Below are positions 1-8,904 of a stretch of 45,856 bases of DNA, in pieces; within the stretch, counting starts at the first letter, position 1, and every line of letters starts with the position of its first letter. The DNA lies in the NCBI GenBank assembly GCA_039817625.1, contig JBCBVN010000001.1:1-45856 (forward strand), given 5' to 3'. Origin of the DNA: Bacteroidota bacterium. GTDB lineage: Bacteria > Bacteroidota > Bacteroidia > Chitinophagales > Saprospiraceae. A program made the position numbers and the translations under genes. The notes under the pieces were generated by a model. The model was not told the DNA's origin. It made no database searches and saw only the letters and a program-made list of their open reading frames with translations.

Positions 1-560
1 GCCATAGTTACTTCGGCTCCTTTGGCCCAGCACTCCAGGGCAACATCGCAGGCGGAATTGGCTGCTCCTACGACCAACACTTTTTGACCAATGTATGCAT
101 GGGCATCATCGTAATAGTGTTTGACTTTTGGAAGTGTTTCTCCCGGAACGTCCAGTAACCTGGGGGTATCGTAGAACCCGGTAGCTACCGTCACATAACG
201 GCTGGTGTATTCCCCTTTAGTGGTCTGGATTGTATAACCTTCTCTCAAAGGTGTCATACTGTCCACAGCTTCGTAAAGATGTACATTCAGGACATTGCTT
301 TGTACCAGCCTCCGATAGTATTCCAACGCTTCTCGCCGAGTTGGTTTATCGGTATGACTGATGAAGGGTACACCGCCAATTTCTAATTTACGGCTGGTGC
401 TAAAGAAGGTCATATTGTCTGGGAAATTGACAATGCTATTGACCAGCTGGCCTTTTTCCAGGACCAAATATTTTAGTCCGGCATCATGAGCAGCTAAGGC
501 CACGTTGATGCCGGTTGGCCCACCGCCTATGATGATGAGGTCGTAATCAAAACTGTCCAT
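1..560 (-). CDS. ypdA: YpdA-family putative bacillithiol disulfide reductase (FAD/NAD(P)H oxidoreductase), 3' end outside window
   Basis: Not in ORF track; translated by hand from ATG at 560: MDSFDYDLIIIGGGPTG...LEKGQLVNSIVNFPDNMTFFSTSRKLEIGGVPF...KPTRREALEYYRR...ATGFYDTP...HYYDDAH...VVGAANSACD, the typical YpdA motifs. Confidence 0.88.
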   Translation of the reverse strand, partial: MDSFDYDLIIIGGGPTGINVALAAHDAGLKYLVLEKGQLVNSIVNFPDNMTFFSTSRKLEIGGVPFISHTDKPTRREALEYYRRLVQSNVLNVHLYEAVDSMTPLREGYTIQTTKGEYTSRYVTVATGFYDTPRLLDVPGETLPKVKHYYDDAHAYIGQKVLVVGAANSACDVALECWAKGAEVTM

Positions 561-635
561 GTTAAGATAACGATGTAGAAAGGGAATCGTTTGTTTTCGC
601 CCATTGGCCCTGATCATCCTGTCGGATGCTTGCAG

Positions 636-757
636 ACCGGGCTACCGGAGACGACCCCTTCCGGGGCCGCTGCTTAGCTACCGACTAAATGGCCCCGGTA
701 GGGGTCATCAATCACCCTTAGGGAGGTCTGTAGAACACAGTTCAGGGCCTCCCGTAG
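636..757. repeat. 122-bp palindrome-rich direct repeat, copy 1 (REP/REPIN-like)
   Basis: Identical to 1340..1461 except T660 vs G1364; internal inverted repeat 653-668/691-706; inverted ends CTACCGGAGAC (642-652) / GCCTCCCGTAG (747-757). Confidence 0.95.
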
Positions 758-765
758 ATAGCAGA

Positions 766-1269
766 CTATTTACCCGAATCTGGTTCTATCTCCCACAAAA
801 AGGCAGAATCATATTCGCAGTCGTATTTGTCCAATAATTCGACAAATTCCTCTTTAAATGTGTAGACAACACTCGCCCAATATTGATCAACTGTACCGTA
901 GTGATGCTCCTTTTGTCGTTTGATGTAAGATCGCAGACCGCTCATGTCCCGATAGTCTACAGAAAAAGTAGCATATCCGATTTGCCACTCAAAATCTCTG
1001 GGGATGTGCGCTTGATCTTTCATGAACTTACTACTCAAAGACTTAGCGTCTTCCATCAATTTGGCAATGGTTTTCGTGCGCGGCAACGAGTGCAAAAGAT
1101 GTACGTGATCAAAGGCTCCATTTATTTCATAAACGATGCAGCCGTTTTCCTCTAGCCTGGATCTTAAAAATCGATATAGCTTATCTTCTGCATCTGGGTG
1201 GATGATTGGCCTTCTGTACTTGGTACTGAAAATTGTATGCAGAATAATTCGGCTATATGAAGATGGCAT
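766..1269 (-). CDS. tnpA: IS200/IS605-family Y1 HUH transposase (TnpA / REP-associated-like)
   Basis: N-terminal HTIFSTKYRRP, HUH motif DHVHLL, WQxGY, catalytic YIKRQKEHH, C-terminal FKEEFVELLDKYDCEYD tail. Confidence 0.93.
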   Translation of the reverse strand: MPSSYSRIILHTIFSTKYRRPIIHPDAEDKLYRFLRSRLEENGCIVYEINGAFDHVHLLHSLPRTKTIAKLMEDAKSLSSKFMKDQAHIPRDFEWQIGYATFSVDYRDMSGLRSYIKRQKEHHYGTVDQYWASVVYTFKEEFVELLDKYDCEYDSAFLWEIEPDSGK

Positions 1270-1339
1270 CTTGAAATTTTATACAGGTGAACCTTTGCTT
1301 TTATTCTTTATCCTTCGACATTCTGTTAGATACTTGAAC

Positions 1340-1461
1340 ACCGGGCTACCGGAGACGACCCCTGCCGGGGCCGCTGCTTAGCTACCGACTAAATGGCCCC
1401 GGTAGGGGTCATCAATCACCCTTAGGGAGGTCTGTAGAACACAGTTCAGGGCCTCCCGTAG
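1340..1461. repeat. 122-bp palindrome-rich direct repeat, copy 2
   Basis: Direct match to 636..757 with one substitution. Confidence 0.95.
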
Positions 1462-1470
1462 TTGGAAAAC

Positions 1471-2685
1471 CTAATTGGCCAGGACCGTTTCTGTTTTTCT
1501 GCTCCGCATATAGACGACCAGTCCACCAAATAGTACGATTAAGATGGCGGGCAGTAAAGCCATATTACCTAAAAAGGAAGCTGCGGCATCTACTTGTGCT
1601 GCTGTTGCAATTTCTCCACCTGGGTCGCCGAGCATACTACCGATAATGGGCTGGGCTACGCCTGCAGATAGCATTCCTAATCCACCCATAACCGAAAGGC
1701 CAAGCGCACCACTTTCTGGAATATACTCTGCAATAAATCCGAGCATATTTGGCCAGAAGAAAGTGATACCTACAGCAAAAATGGCTGCAGAAAACCACAA
1801 CATCCCTCCCGTTGAGATCGACATCATATAAAGCCCTACGGCACTAATTATAGCTGATGCAAATAAGACAACAGGAATACTTATACGATGTACCAGGTCA
1901 CCACCAAATAGCCTGCCGAGTGCCATTATGCCATTGATAAATGCTAATACGAGAATGGCCGATGTTCCCGTGTTGCCGAGTATAGCGCCGATCCTTTGAT
2001 TGGTACCCAATTCAGTGGCTGCTGTCAACAGCATACAGAATCCAATAAATAGGTAGAGTGGGGTGGCCAGGCTAGCCCACATTTTACCTTCACTAATGCC
2101 CATACTCACGCGCTCTGTAACGGGGAAGCGCTCATTGAAAATCATATAACCATAAATGGCTGTCGGGATAAACAGAGTGGCCATGAGTATTTGCCAACTA
2201 ATGCCCATATTGTCGACCATGACAAATGCAAGTGAGCCACCAATTAGAATGCCTGCTGGAAACCAGACGTGAAATCGGTTGAGCATTTTCGTTTTCTCCT
2301 TTGGATATAGGGAAGCCACCATCGGATTAAAAGCGGCTTCTACAAATCCATTACCCAACCCAATAAAGCAGGTAGCGATGAACAGGGTCGTAATATCTTT
2401 AGACAGTATGGTAACAATAATGCCCACCACATGAGCTGCAAAAGCCATCCTGGCAATAGTCTTTAAACCAAATCGATCTGCTAGCGGGCCACCAATCATC
2501 ATAGCTGCAGTAAACCCCCAAAAGGCAGGCAAAAAGGCCCATCCGACTTCCTCTAAAGCATATCCATATCCATTAGGGCCAAATTCGCTGTCGAATACTA
2601 CGCGAAAGGCAAAAGTCATAGAAGTAACTAGTAAGGCGAGACAGGCCCCATAGAATAACCGCTTCCGATTTATTGTCTGATCCAT
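1471..2685 (-). CDS. MFS transporter
   Basis: 404 aa, ~12 hydrophobic segments, MFS motif A GPLADRFGLK and its repeat GDLVHRIS. Confidence 0.9.
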   Translation of the reverse strand: MDQTINRKRLFYGACLALLVTSMTFAFRVVFDSEFGPNGYGYALEEVGWAFLPAFWGFTAAMMIGGPLADRFGLKTIARMAFAAHVVGIIVTILSKDITTLFIATCFIGLGNGFVEAAFNPMVASLYPKEKTKMLNRFHVWFPAGILIGGSLAFVMVDNMGISWQILMATLFIPTAIYGYMIFNERFPVTERVSMGISEGKMWASLATPLYLFIGFCMLLTAATELGTNQRIGAILGNTGTSAILVLAFINGIMALGRLFGGDLVHRISIPVVLFASAIISAVGLYMMSISTGGMLWFSAAIFAVGITFFWPNMLGFIAEYIPESGALGLSVMGGLGMLSAGVAQPIIGSMLGDPGGEIATAAQVDAAASFLGNMALLPAILIVLFGGLVVYMRSRKTETVLAN

Positions 2686-2823
2686 AGATAGATTGGTTTA
2701 GGATCGAATAATACGGATAGTTTCAATATTTGAAGGAAAGGAACAATCGTGACCTGCCAAAACCGGTTTTTATGGTAGTTTTGCCGACCACCAACCAAAA
2801 CGAATCCTAGCTGAATTGTCCTT

Positions 2824-3414
2824 ATGTCGTTTAGATCTCTCATTACCCTTGTCTTACTGTCCTTATTTGCTTCTTCATTTGCTCAATCCGGTAACCCAAC
2901 AGACAATGGTAACTTACCACTCACCGAGCAGTACCAATTGTTGGTAGATGAGTCTGGCAGATATCAACAATACAGAGTGATTGAGCGCGTGTGGTTGTCT
3001 GCTTTTCAAACCCACTTAACAGATAGTCTTGCTGCTAGTACCAGTAAGGAGGCAGATCTGGCCGCCACTATTGAAGATCAGGCTGCAACAATAGGCGAGC
3101 GAACGGAGGAAATAACAGCATTGAATCAGGAAATCGAATCTTTGAATGGGGAAAAGGACAGCATTTCTTTGTTTGGCTTGTCTTTGTCCAAAGCAGCTTA
3201 CCATACTATTGTCTGGGGCTTAATAGCGGGCTTGGGAATATTGCTGTTTATCTTATTGGGGCGGACTCGTTTGGCGGTGTCAAGTGCCAAAGAGGCCAGG
3301 GAAAAAATTGAAAAACTGACTGGAGAACTAAATGATTCTCGCAAGCAAAGGCTTGCTATCGAGCAAGATTTAAGGCGAAAGCTGCTTGATGAACGCAACA
3401 AGAATCAATCCTAG
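2824..3414 (+). CDS. Signal peptide + coiled-coil + single-TM hypothetical protein
   Basis: N-terminal signal peptide, heptad region, TM near aa 128-147, basic C-terminal coiled coil; TAGTTTTG -7 box upstream. Confidence 0.7.
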   Translation: MSFRSLITLVLLSLFASSFAQSGNPTDNGNLPLTEQYQLLVDESGRYQQYRVIERVWLSAFQTHLTDSLAASTSKEADLAATIEDQAATIGERTEEITALNQEIESLNGEKDSISLFGLSLSKAAYHTIVWGLIAGLGILLFILLGRTRLAVSSAKEAREKIEKLTGELNDSRKQRLAIEQDLRRKLLDERNKNQS

Positions 3415-3515
3415 ATAGCTTGCAGATTTATGGCTGGATACAATTGTCGTATAGGCACAATAGATTACCAGTTCTTCTACGTAAATTGCGACCCAGCGTA
3501 AATAAGTACTGAAAG

Positions 3516-3932
3516 ATGAATCATCTGCTACTCCTATTTGTCATTTTGCTTGGAGCCAACTACACGGCTACTGCCCAGCAGCTAAATGCTGACAGTCCCT
3601 ACATGACAAAAGATGAGCTCGTAAGCCACTATGATTTGGACGAGTCACAGGCAGCAGAAATTGACAGAATCATCGATCAGCGAGAAAGCAACCTCAGTAG
3701 CCTGGAAGCATTTACCATTCAAGATACCGAGCTTTACTGGAATAAGCGGCGGGCCATTTATTTTGGCGAACTGACCAGCATCAGGCTGATTCTAGACAAG
3801 CCCGACCAGTTTGATATTCACGATGCGGAGCTCAGGGACCAACGCAAAGCAGAGACGGAGCTCGTCCGCGAGCTGGTAGCTGCTGGTCATGAACCAAAGG
3901 CGGCTAGATTACTCATGTTGGAACGCTATTAA
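3516..3932 (+). CDS. Secreted helical hypothetical protein
   Basis: Signal peptide ending ATA-Q; A-rich start context. Confidence 0.65.
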   Translation: MNHLLLLFVILLGANYTATAQQLNADSPYMTKDELVSHYDLDESQAAEIDRIIDQRESNLSSLEAFTIQDTELYWNKRRAIYFGELTSIRLILDKPDQFDIHDAELRDQRKAETELVRELVAAGHEPKAARLLMLERY

Positions 3933-4032
3933 AACCATTTATTCTTAAACATCCGACCTGCGGAAGTCCTAACCAAAACAGCCATCTTTCTTGAAAAAGA
4001 GGCTCGAGGTACCAAGGTCGCTAACCTCAATA

Positions 4033-5340
4033 ATGGATCCTCTTAAAAAATTATTTGCCGATCGTGCCCTTGCATTATTTCAGGAACTCAGGGCTATAAA
4101 TAAAGAACACGGCGACCTTCCAGTTGGGGAGGTAACAGTAAAGCAGGTACTTGGCGGTGCTCGTGGAGTCAAAATGATGCTGTGGGAAACCAGCAACTTA
4201 GATGCCATTGAAGGTATAAGGTTTCGTGGTTATACCATCCCGGAGCTGAAGAAGCAGCTGCCTGCCGGCCCACAGGGCGAGCCCAAGCCGGAAGGATTGT
4301 TTTGGCTGATGCTGACCGGGAATGTGCCCACAGAGGGCGAAGTAGACTGGTTGGCCGGAGAATGGGTACGACGGTCTGAGTTGCCGGAAGGAACCCTGGA
4401 GGTACTCGATGCGCTTCCCATGGATACCCACCCCATGACTCAGTTTTCGGTTGGTGTTATGGCCATGCAGAAAGACAGCGTATTCATGCGCAGGTATGCC
4501 GAGGGTATGCAGAAGACCGAATACTGGGATGCCTACTATGAGGATACGATGAATCTATTGGCCAGGCTGCCCAGGATTGCCGCATACATCTACCGGCGCA
4601 CTTTCCACAATGGCCAGCATATCGCGCCTGACCACACCCTGGACTGGGCAGCGAACTTTGCTCAGATGCTGGGTAATGAGGACCCTGATTTCCAGAGTCT
4701 GATGCGATTGTATCTGACCATTCATGCGGATCACGAGGGAGGTAATGCATCAGCCCACACTACTCACCTGGTCGGTTCGACTTTGAGCGATCCGTATCTG
4801 AGTTTCGCTGCGGGGATGAACGCACTGGCAGGCCCACTACACGGTTTGGCTAATCAGGAAGTCATCAGGTGGATACTCGAAATGACAGAAAGCCTGGGTA
4901 CCAATGCGCCTACAAAAGAGCAGATTGCTCAATATGTAAAAGACACCCTGGATGCCGGTAAGGTAATTCCAGGATATGGCCATGCAGTCCTCCGTCAGCC
5001 AGATCCTCGATTTACCGCTCAGAAGGTATTTGCTGAGGCTTATATCAAGGGAGATCCCATTGTGGAAACGGTCTGGAACATATTCGATGTCGTACCTGAT
5101 ATTCTGAAAAGCCTGGGTAAGGTGAAGAATCCGTGGCCCAATGTTGATGCACACTCTGGTGCGCTACTGATGCACTATGGCGTCAAGGAATTCAGCTATT
5201 ATACCGTACTGTTCGGCGTCAGCCGAGCTCTAGGTGTATTGGCCGCTGGATGCTGGAGCCGAGCACTGGGCATGCCTATCGAGCGGCCTAAGTCAGTTGG
5301 AAGTGATTGGGTGAAGTCATTCGTGGCCGAGCAAGCATAA
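4033..5340 (+). CDS. gltA: Citrate (Si)-synthase, eukaryotic/mitochondrial type
   Basis: GIRFRGY, HPMTQFS, HADHEGGNASAH, LAGPLHGLANQEV, PGYGHAVLR, NPWPNVDAHSG; ATG 4033 preferred over the TTG at 3991. Confidence 0.95.
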   Translation: MDPLKKLFADRALALFQELRAINKEHGDLPVGEVTVKQVLGGARGVKMMLWETSNLDAIEGIRFRGYTIPELKKQLPAGPQGEPKPEGLFWLMLTGNVPTEGEVDWLAGEWVRRSELPEGTLEVLDALPMDTHPMTQFSVGVMAMQKDSVFMRRYAEGMQKTEYWDAYYEDTMNLLARLPRIAAYIYRRTFHNGQHIAPDHTLDWAANFAQMLGNEDPDFQSLMRLYLTIHADHEGGNASAHTTHLVGSTLSDPYLSFAAGMNALAGPLHGLANQEVIRWILEMTESLGTNAPTKEQIAQYVKDTLDAGKVIPGYGHAVLRQPDPRFTAQKVFAEAYIKGDPIVETVWNIFDVVPDILKSLGKVKNPWPNVDAHSGALLMHYGVKEFSYYTVLFGVSRALGVLAAGCWSRALGMPIERPKSVGSDWVKSFVAEQA

Positions 5341-5369
5341 AGCATAACAAGCAAGACAAATAAATATTT

Positions 5370-5753
5370 ATGAGCAAGATACCTGGCGATTGTCGATACA
5401 CTTCTGATCACGAATGGATTCGCGTAAATGAAGACGGCGTTGCGGTAATAGGCATAACCGACTTTGCCCAGCAGGAGCTATCTGATATCGTGTATGTCGA
5501 GGTAGAAACGGTTGGAGAAAATCTGGCATCGGGTGAGGTCTTCGGTATAGTAGAAGCCGTCAAAACGACTAGTGATCTTTTCATGCCCATAAGCGGTGAA
5601 GTACTGGAATTTAACGGGGCGCTTGAAGATAGCCCTGAGACCATCAACGAAGATCCATACGGAGACGGGTGGATTGCCAAGGTGAAGCCTTCAGACCCCG
5701 GTGAAATAGAGGGTTTGCTCAGTGCTGAAGCCTATGAAGCAGAGATCAGCTAA
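5370..5753 (+). CDS. gcvH: Glycine cleavage system H protein
   Basis: HEWIR, GITDFAQ, lipoyl-Lys motif VEAVKTTSD, INEDPYGDGW. Confidence 0.96.
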   Translation: MSKIPGDCRYTSDHEWIRVNEDGVAVIGITDFAQQELSDIVYVEVETVGENLASGEVFGIVEAVKTTSDLFMPISGEVLEFNGALEDSPETINEDPYGDGWIAKVKPSDPGEIEGLLSAEAYEAEIS

Positions 5754-6177
5754 AAAAAATTCGAGTGGGGAACCACCAAAGTATATATACTTGGCATCTA
5801 ACCACCATAAGCGTCGCTGGCAATGGCTGGCAGCCCTGGGGTGGGCGCTCATTTTGCTGATTGCGTCTACCTTACCCAAAGGCAATTTGCCAAAGTTGCC
5901 TTTCTGGACAGATCTGGCCTCTCCTGACAAAGCAGCGCACGCCTTGTTTTATGGGGTTTTTGCCGTATTATTGTCCTGGCTCTTGAGGCCGATGACCAAA
6001 TGGGCGTACTTGTGGGCCTTTGTGCTAGCTACAGTTTATGGAGCCAGCATGGAGGTACTTCAAGCCTGGATGGGCCAAGGCCGTGCCTTTGAACTGGCTG
6101 ATATGCTAGCTAATGGGCTGGGCGCTTTACTGGCAATAGTGCTTTTGCGCTATTTAAATGTATCGAAAACAACTTAA
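5722..6177 (+). CDS. VanZ-family membrane protein (start uncertain, possibly TTG 5791)
   Basis: DKAAH...FY, YGASMEVLQ, GRAFELADMLANGLG. Confidence 0.85.
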   Translation: MLKPMKQRSAKKNSSGEPPKYIYLASNHHKRRWQWLAALGWALILLIASTLPKGNLPKLPFWTDLASPDKAAHALFYGVFAVLLSWLLRPMTKWAYLWAFVLATVYGASMEVLQAWMGQGRAFELADMLANGLGALLAIVLLRYLNVSKTT

Positions 6178-6186
6178 TATTTAATC

Positions 6187-7125
6187 ATGAATTTTGACAT
6201 TGCCTTACCTGGTTGGCTAGTAGGCGTCATCTTAGTTGGGATGGTCGCTCTGATAGTGGGCATGATCTTTTATTTAAGAGATGTCTACCACAGCAAGCGG
6301 ACCAAGCAAGCCATGGACGGTGCCTTCAAGGAAGAAGCGAGTGCCTCTCGTGCAGCTGCTCTGCAGAACCGCACAAAATATGAGCAGCTCAATGTCTTTA
6401 GCCTGAGCAATACGTTTTTCACCTTTGGTTTGGCTTTAGCAGCTGGTTTGTCTCTATGCGCCCTGGCCTGGGAGCAATATGAGGACAAGATCGATATCCC
6501 TGATGGTGCACTCGAACTCGATATGTTGGAAGTCGAACTTCCCCCTCGTACTGCGCCACCTCCACCACCCCCACCTCCGCCACCCCCACCGGTTATCGAA
6601 GAGGTGGAGCCAGAGGAACTCATCGAAGATCCACCCCCACCACCTTCTCAAACCTTTGATGATAAAGTAGAGAACGCGCCCCCACCTCCGGCGCCTCCTG
6701 CTCCATCAGCACCCCCTCCGCCACCACCTCCTCCGCCACCCCCACCACCAGCAGAGGATGAAATCTTCCGCGTGGTAGAGCAAATGCCACTTTTCCCCGG
6801 CTGTGCAGAAAGCATGCCATATGATGAAAAGAAAGCTTGTGCTGAGCAGAAGATGCTCGAATTCATCTACGGCAATATTCGCTATCCGGCAATCGCCCGT
6901 GAAAACGGTGTGGAAGGCATGGCTGTAATCAGCTTCGTTGTAGAAAAAGATGGGTCAGTTAAGGACGCTACAGTAGTTCGTGACCCAGGTGCCAAGACTG
7001 GTGACGAAGCCCTTAGAGTGGTCAACCTCATGGCTTCTCAAGGCCTTAAGTGGGTACCCGGCCAGCAGGGCGGCCGCCCGGTAAGGGTACAGTTTAACCT
7101 GCCGGTCCGATTCCGCCTGGAATAG
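6187..7125 (+). CDS. tonB: Energy transducer TonB (paralog 1)
   Basis: Two N-terminal TMs, polyproline linker, VEQMPLFPG, YPAIARENGVEG..ISFVVEKDG, PVRVQFNLPVRFRL. Confidence 0.92.
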   Translation: MNFDIALPGWLVGVILVGMVALIVGMIFYLRDVYHSKRTKQAMDGAFKEEASASRAAALQNRTKYEQLNVFSLSNTFFTFGLALAAGLSLCALAWEQYEDKIDIPDGALELDMLEVELPPRTAPPPPPPPPPPPPVIEEVEPEELIEDPPPPPSQTFDDKVENAPPPPAPPAPSAPPPPPPPPPPPPPAEDEIFRVVEQMPLFPGCAESMPYDEKKACAEQKMLEFIYGNIRYPAIARENGVEGMAVISFVVEKDGSVKDATVVRDPGAKTGDEALRVVNLMASQGLKWVPGQQGGRPVRVQFNLPVRFRLE

Positions 7126-7145
7126 AAAATAACTTCCTAAATCAT

Positions 7146-7184
7146 CAAAAGAGGTCGATGCTTTGCGTCGGCCTCTTTTGTTTT
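7146..7184 (+). terminator. Intrinsic terminator
   Basis: CAAAAGAGGTCGATGC-TTT-GCGTCGGCCTCTTTTG followed by T-rich tail. Confidence 0.85.
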
Positions 7185-7218
7185 CAACAAACTCACCATC
7201 TAAGTTGTACACCCAATA

Positions 7219-7794
7219 ATGGATCCCCGCCTTTATACCGTAGATACTGCTTTGTTGACGCCTCGCTGCGTTATTCGTCGATTTCGCGAAGGTGACGGTA
7301 AGCCTTTTCACCACCTGATTCAGAATAATCAGACAAATCTATCTGATCATTTCCCACATTTGGTCAAAGCTATAGATGGACCCGAAATGGCAGAAGCTTT
7401 TGTGCGTCATCGGATTTCAGACTGGTTGTTGCAGCAGGAATACACTTTTGGAATATGGGAAAATGAGAGTACCCATATGATCGGATACGTTCATATTTTT
7501 CATATAGACTGGGATGTGCCTATAGGCGAGATCAGTTATTTTCTCGATCGGGAATTCACGGGTAATGGAATCATGACAGAGGTGCTGGCCAGGGTAGTGC
7601 GATTTGCCTTCCTGGAGTTGGAATTGGAGAAACTTTACCTGACAACCCTGGCTGATAATTTTGCCAGCCAGCGGGTAGCTCGTCGGGTAGGTTTTCAGCG
7701 AGAGGGCGACTTGCGCAATGAATTCAGAAGATCTGGAGGAACACTGGTAGACCTGGTTAGACTAGGGTTGACCAGAGAAAGCTATGGCGAGTAA
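7219..7794 (+). CDS. GNAT acetyltransferase, RimJ/RimL type
   Basis: EISYFLDREFTGNGIMTE and DNFASQRVARRVGFQREG motifs. Confidence 0.9.
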   Translation: MDPRLYTVDTALLTPRCVIRRFREGDGKPFHHLIQNNQTNLSDHFPHLVKAIDGPEMAEAFVRHRISDWLLQQEYTFGIWENESTHMIGYVHIFHIDWDVPIGEISYFLDREFTGNGIMTEVLARVVRFAFLELELEKLYLTTLADNFASQRVARRVGFQREGDLRNEFRRSGGTLVDLVRLGLTRESYGE

Positions 7795-7913
7795 TTTTTC
7801 TTGCAAAAGCTCATCTACGACCACCAAAAGCACTTCTTTCTTCATCTTATAGGCATACCATCAACCGCTAGAGAGCTGACTTTTACAGCCTCCCTTTCAC
7901 AAATTCTATTGCT

Positions 7914-8852
7914 ATGCCATTCAACATCGCCCTGCCCGGGTGGGTGGTCACCACTGCTATGCTTGGGCTATTCGCACTTACCTTATTCCTCATTCTATTC
8001 CTGCGTAGAGAGTTTCATAGCAGACGATCTTCGTTGGGTCTGCAAGGAGCATTTTCATCGGCCGCAGATAAAGACCGTCTGGAAGCCATTCAGAACCGGA
8101 CGAAATACAAGCCGCTACAGGTCTTTGCGCTGGGCAAGACCTTTTTCTCCTACGGCTTATTCGTAGCTGCCAGCTGCTGCTTGCTGGCCATTTCGTGGGA
8201 AAAAACGGATGCTCAGTCAGATTTATATCAGTACGCAGATGCTGGTGAGATATTAACCTTAGACCTCCCGCCTATTACTCCGCCGGCCGCACCTCCACCA
8301 CCTCCGCCGCAGCCACCCATTATTGACGAGGTTGAGCCTGAAGACTTAATCGAGGATCCGCCTCCGCCTCCTTCTCAGTCTTTTGACGATCTGGTGTTGA
8401 ATGAGCCTCCGCCTGCTCCAGCTCCTCCGGCACCACCTTCCGAGCCGGCTTACCTTCCACCACCTCCTATGCCAGAAGAACCTGATGACCCGTTTATCAT
8501 TGTGGAGCGAATGCCTCTTTTCCCAGGTTGTGAACAGAATATCCCATATGATGAGCAAAAAGCTTGTGCTGAGGCTAAGCTGCTGACTTTCGTAAATGGG
8601 CAAATTCGATACCCTTCACTAGCTCTAGATATCGGCCAGTCAGGGACAGCCGTTATCAGGTTTGTGATTGAAAAAGATGGACGTGTGACTGAGATAGAGC
8701 TACTCAGAGATCCCGGCGCAGGTTTGGGAGAGGAAGCCGAGCGTGTAGTAACACTTATGCAGACTCAAGACATTCGTTGGATTCCCGGCAACCAGGGTGG
8801 GCGTCCAGTTCGGGTGCAGTTCAACTTGCCGGTCAGGTTCAGGCTGCAATAG
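7914..8852 (+). CDS. tonB: Energy transducer TonB (paralog 2)
   Basis: Colinear with 6187..7125 and the same length (312 aa); TonB C-terminal domain. Confidence 0.9.
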   Translation: MPFNIALPGWVVTTAMLGLFALTLFLILFLRREFHSRRSSLGLQGAFSSAADKDRLEAIQNRTKYKPLQVFALGKTFFSYGLFVAASCCLLAISWEKTDAQSDLYQYADAGEILTLDLPPITPPAAPPPPPPQPPIIDEVEPEDLIEDPPPPPSQSFDDLVLNEPPPAPAPPAPPSEPAYLPPPPMPEEPDDPFIIVERMPLFPGCEQNIPYDEQKACAEAKLLTFVNGQIRYPSLALDIGQSGTAVIRFVIEKDGRVTEIELLRDPGAGLGEEAERVVTLMQTQDIRWIPGNQGGRPVRVQFNLPVRFRLQ

Positions 8853-8904
8853 TTAGTATGGGCGTTCAATCACATCAAGTAATTGAACGCCCATCTGTAT
8901 CTGT

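Larger units (their letters stand above)
636..1461 (-). mobile_element. Y1 transposase gene flanked by paired REP-like direct repeats (IS200/IS605-superfamily, RAYT-like locus)
   Basis: tnpA between two 122-bp direct repeats 704 bp apart; no tnpB; sits between the co-oriented MFS and ypdA genes. Confidence 0.75.

Noticed and set aside
604-837. 77-aa + strand ORF over repeat copy 1, and ORFs 883..1155 and 1136..1381
   Set aside because: Run through the palindromic repeat or antisense to tnpA; no recognisable protein features
636-1461. CRISPR array or TnpB/omega-RNA system
   Set aside because: Only two long repeats with a gene between them; no spacers, cas or tnpB/iscB in the window
2824-3414. 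Possible tRNA methyltransferase label that I recall being attached to similar Bacteroidota proteins
   Set aside because: Signal peptide, coiled coil and TM with no SAM-binding or SPOUT motifs
6540-6750. CCN-rich low-complexity tracts and Gly-rich antisense ORFs (also 8275-8470)
   Set aside because: Explained by TonB polyproline linkers
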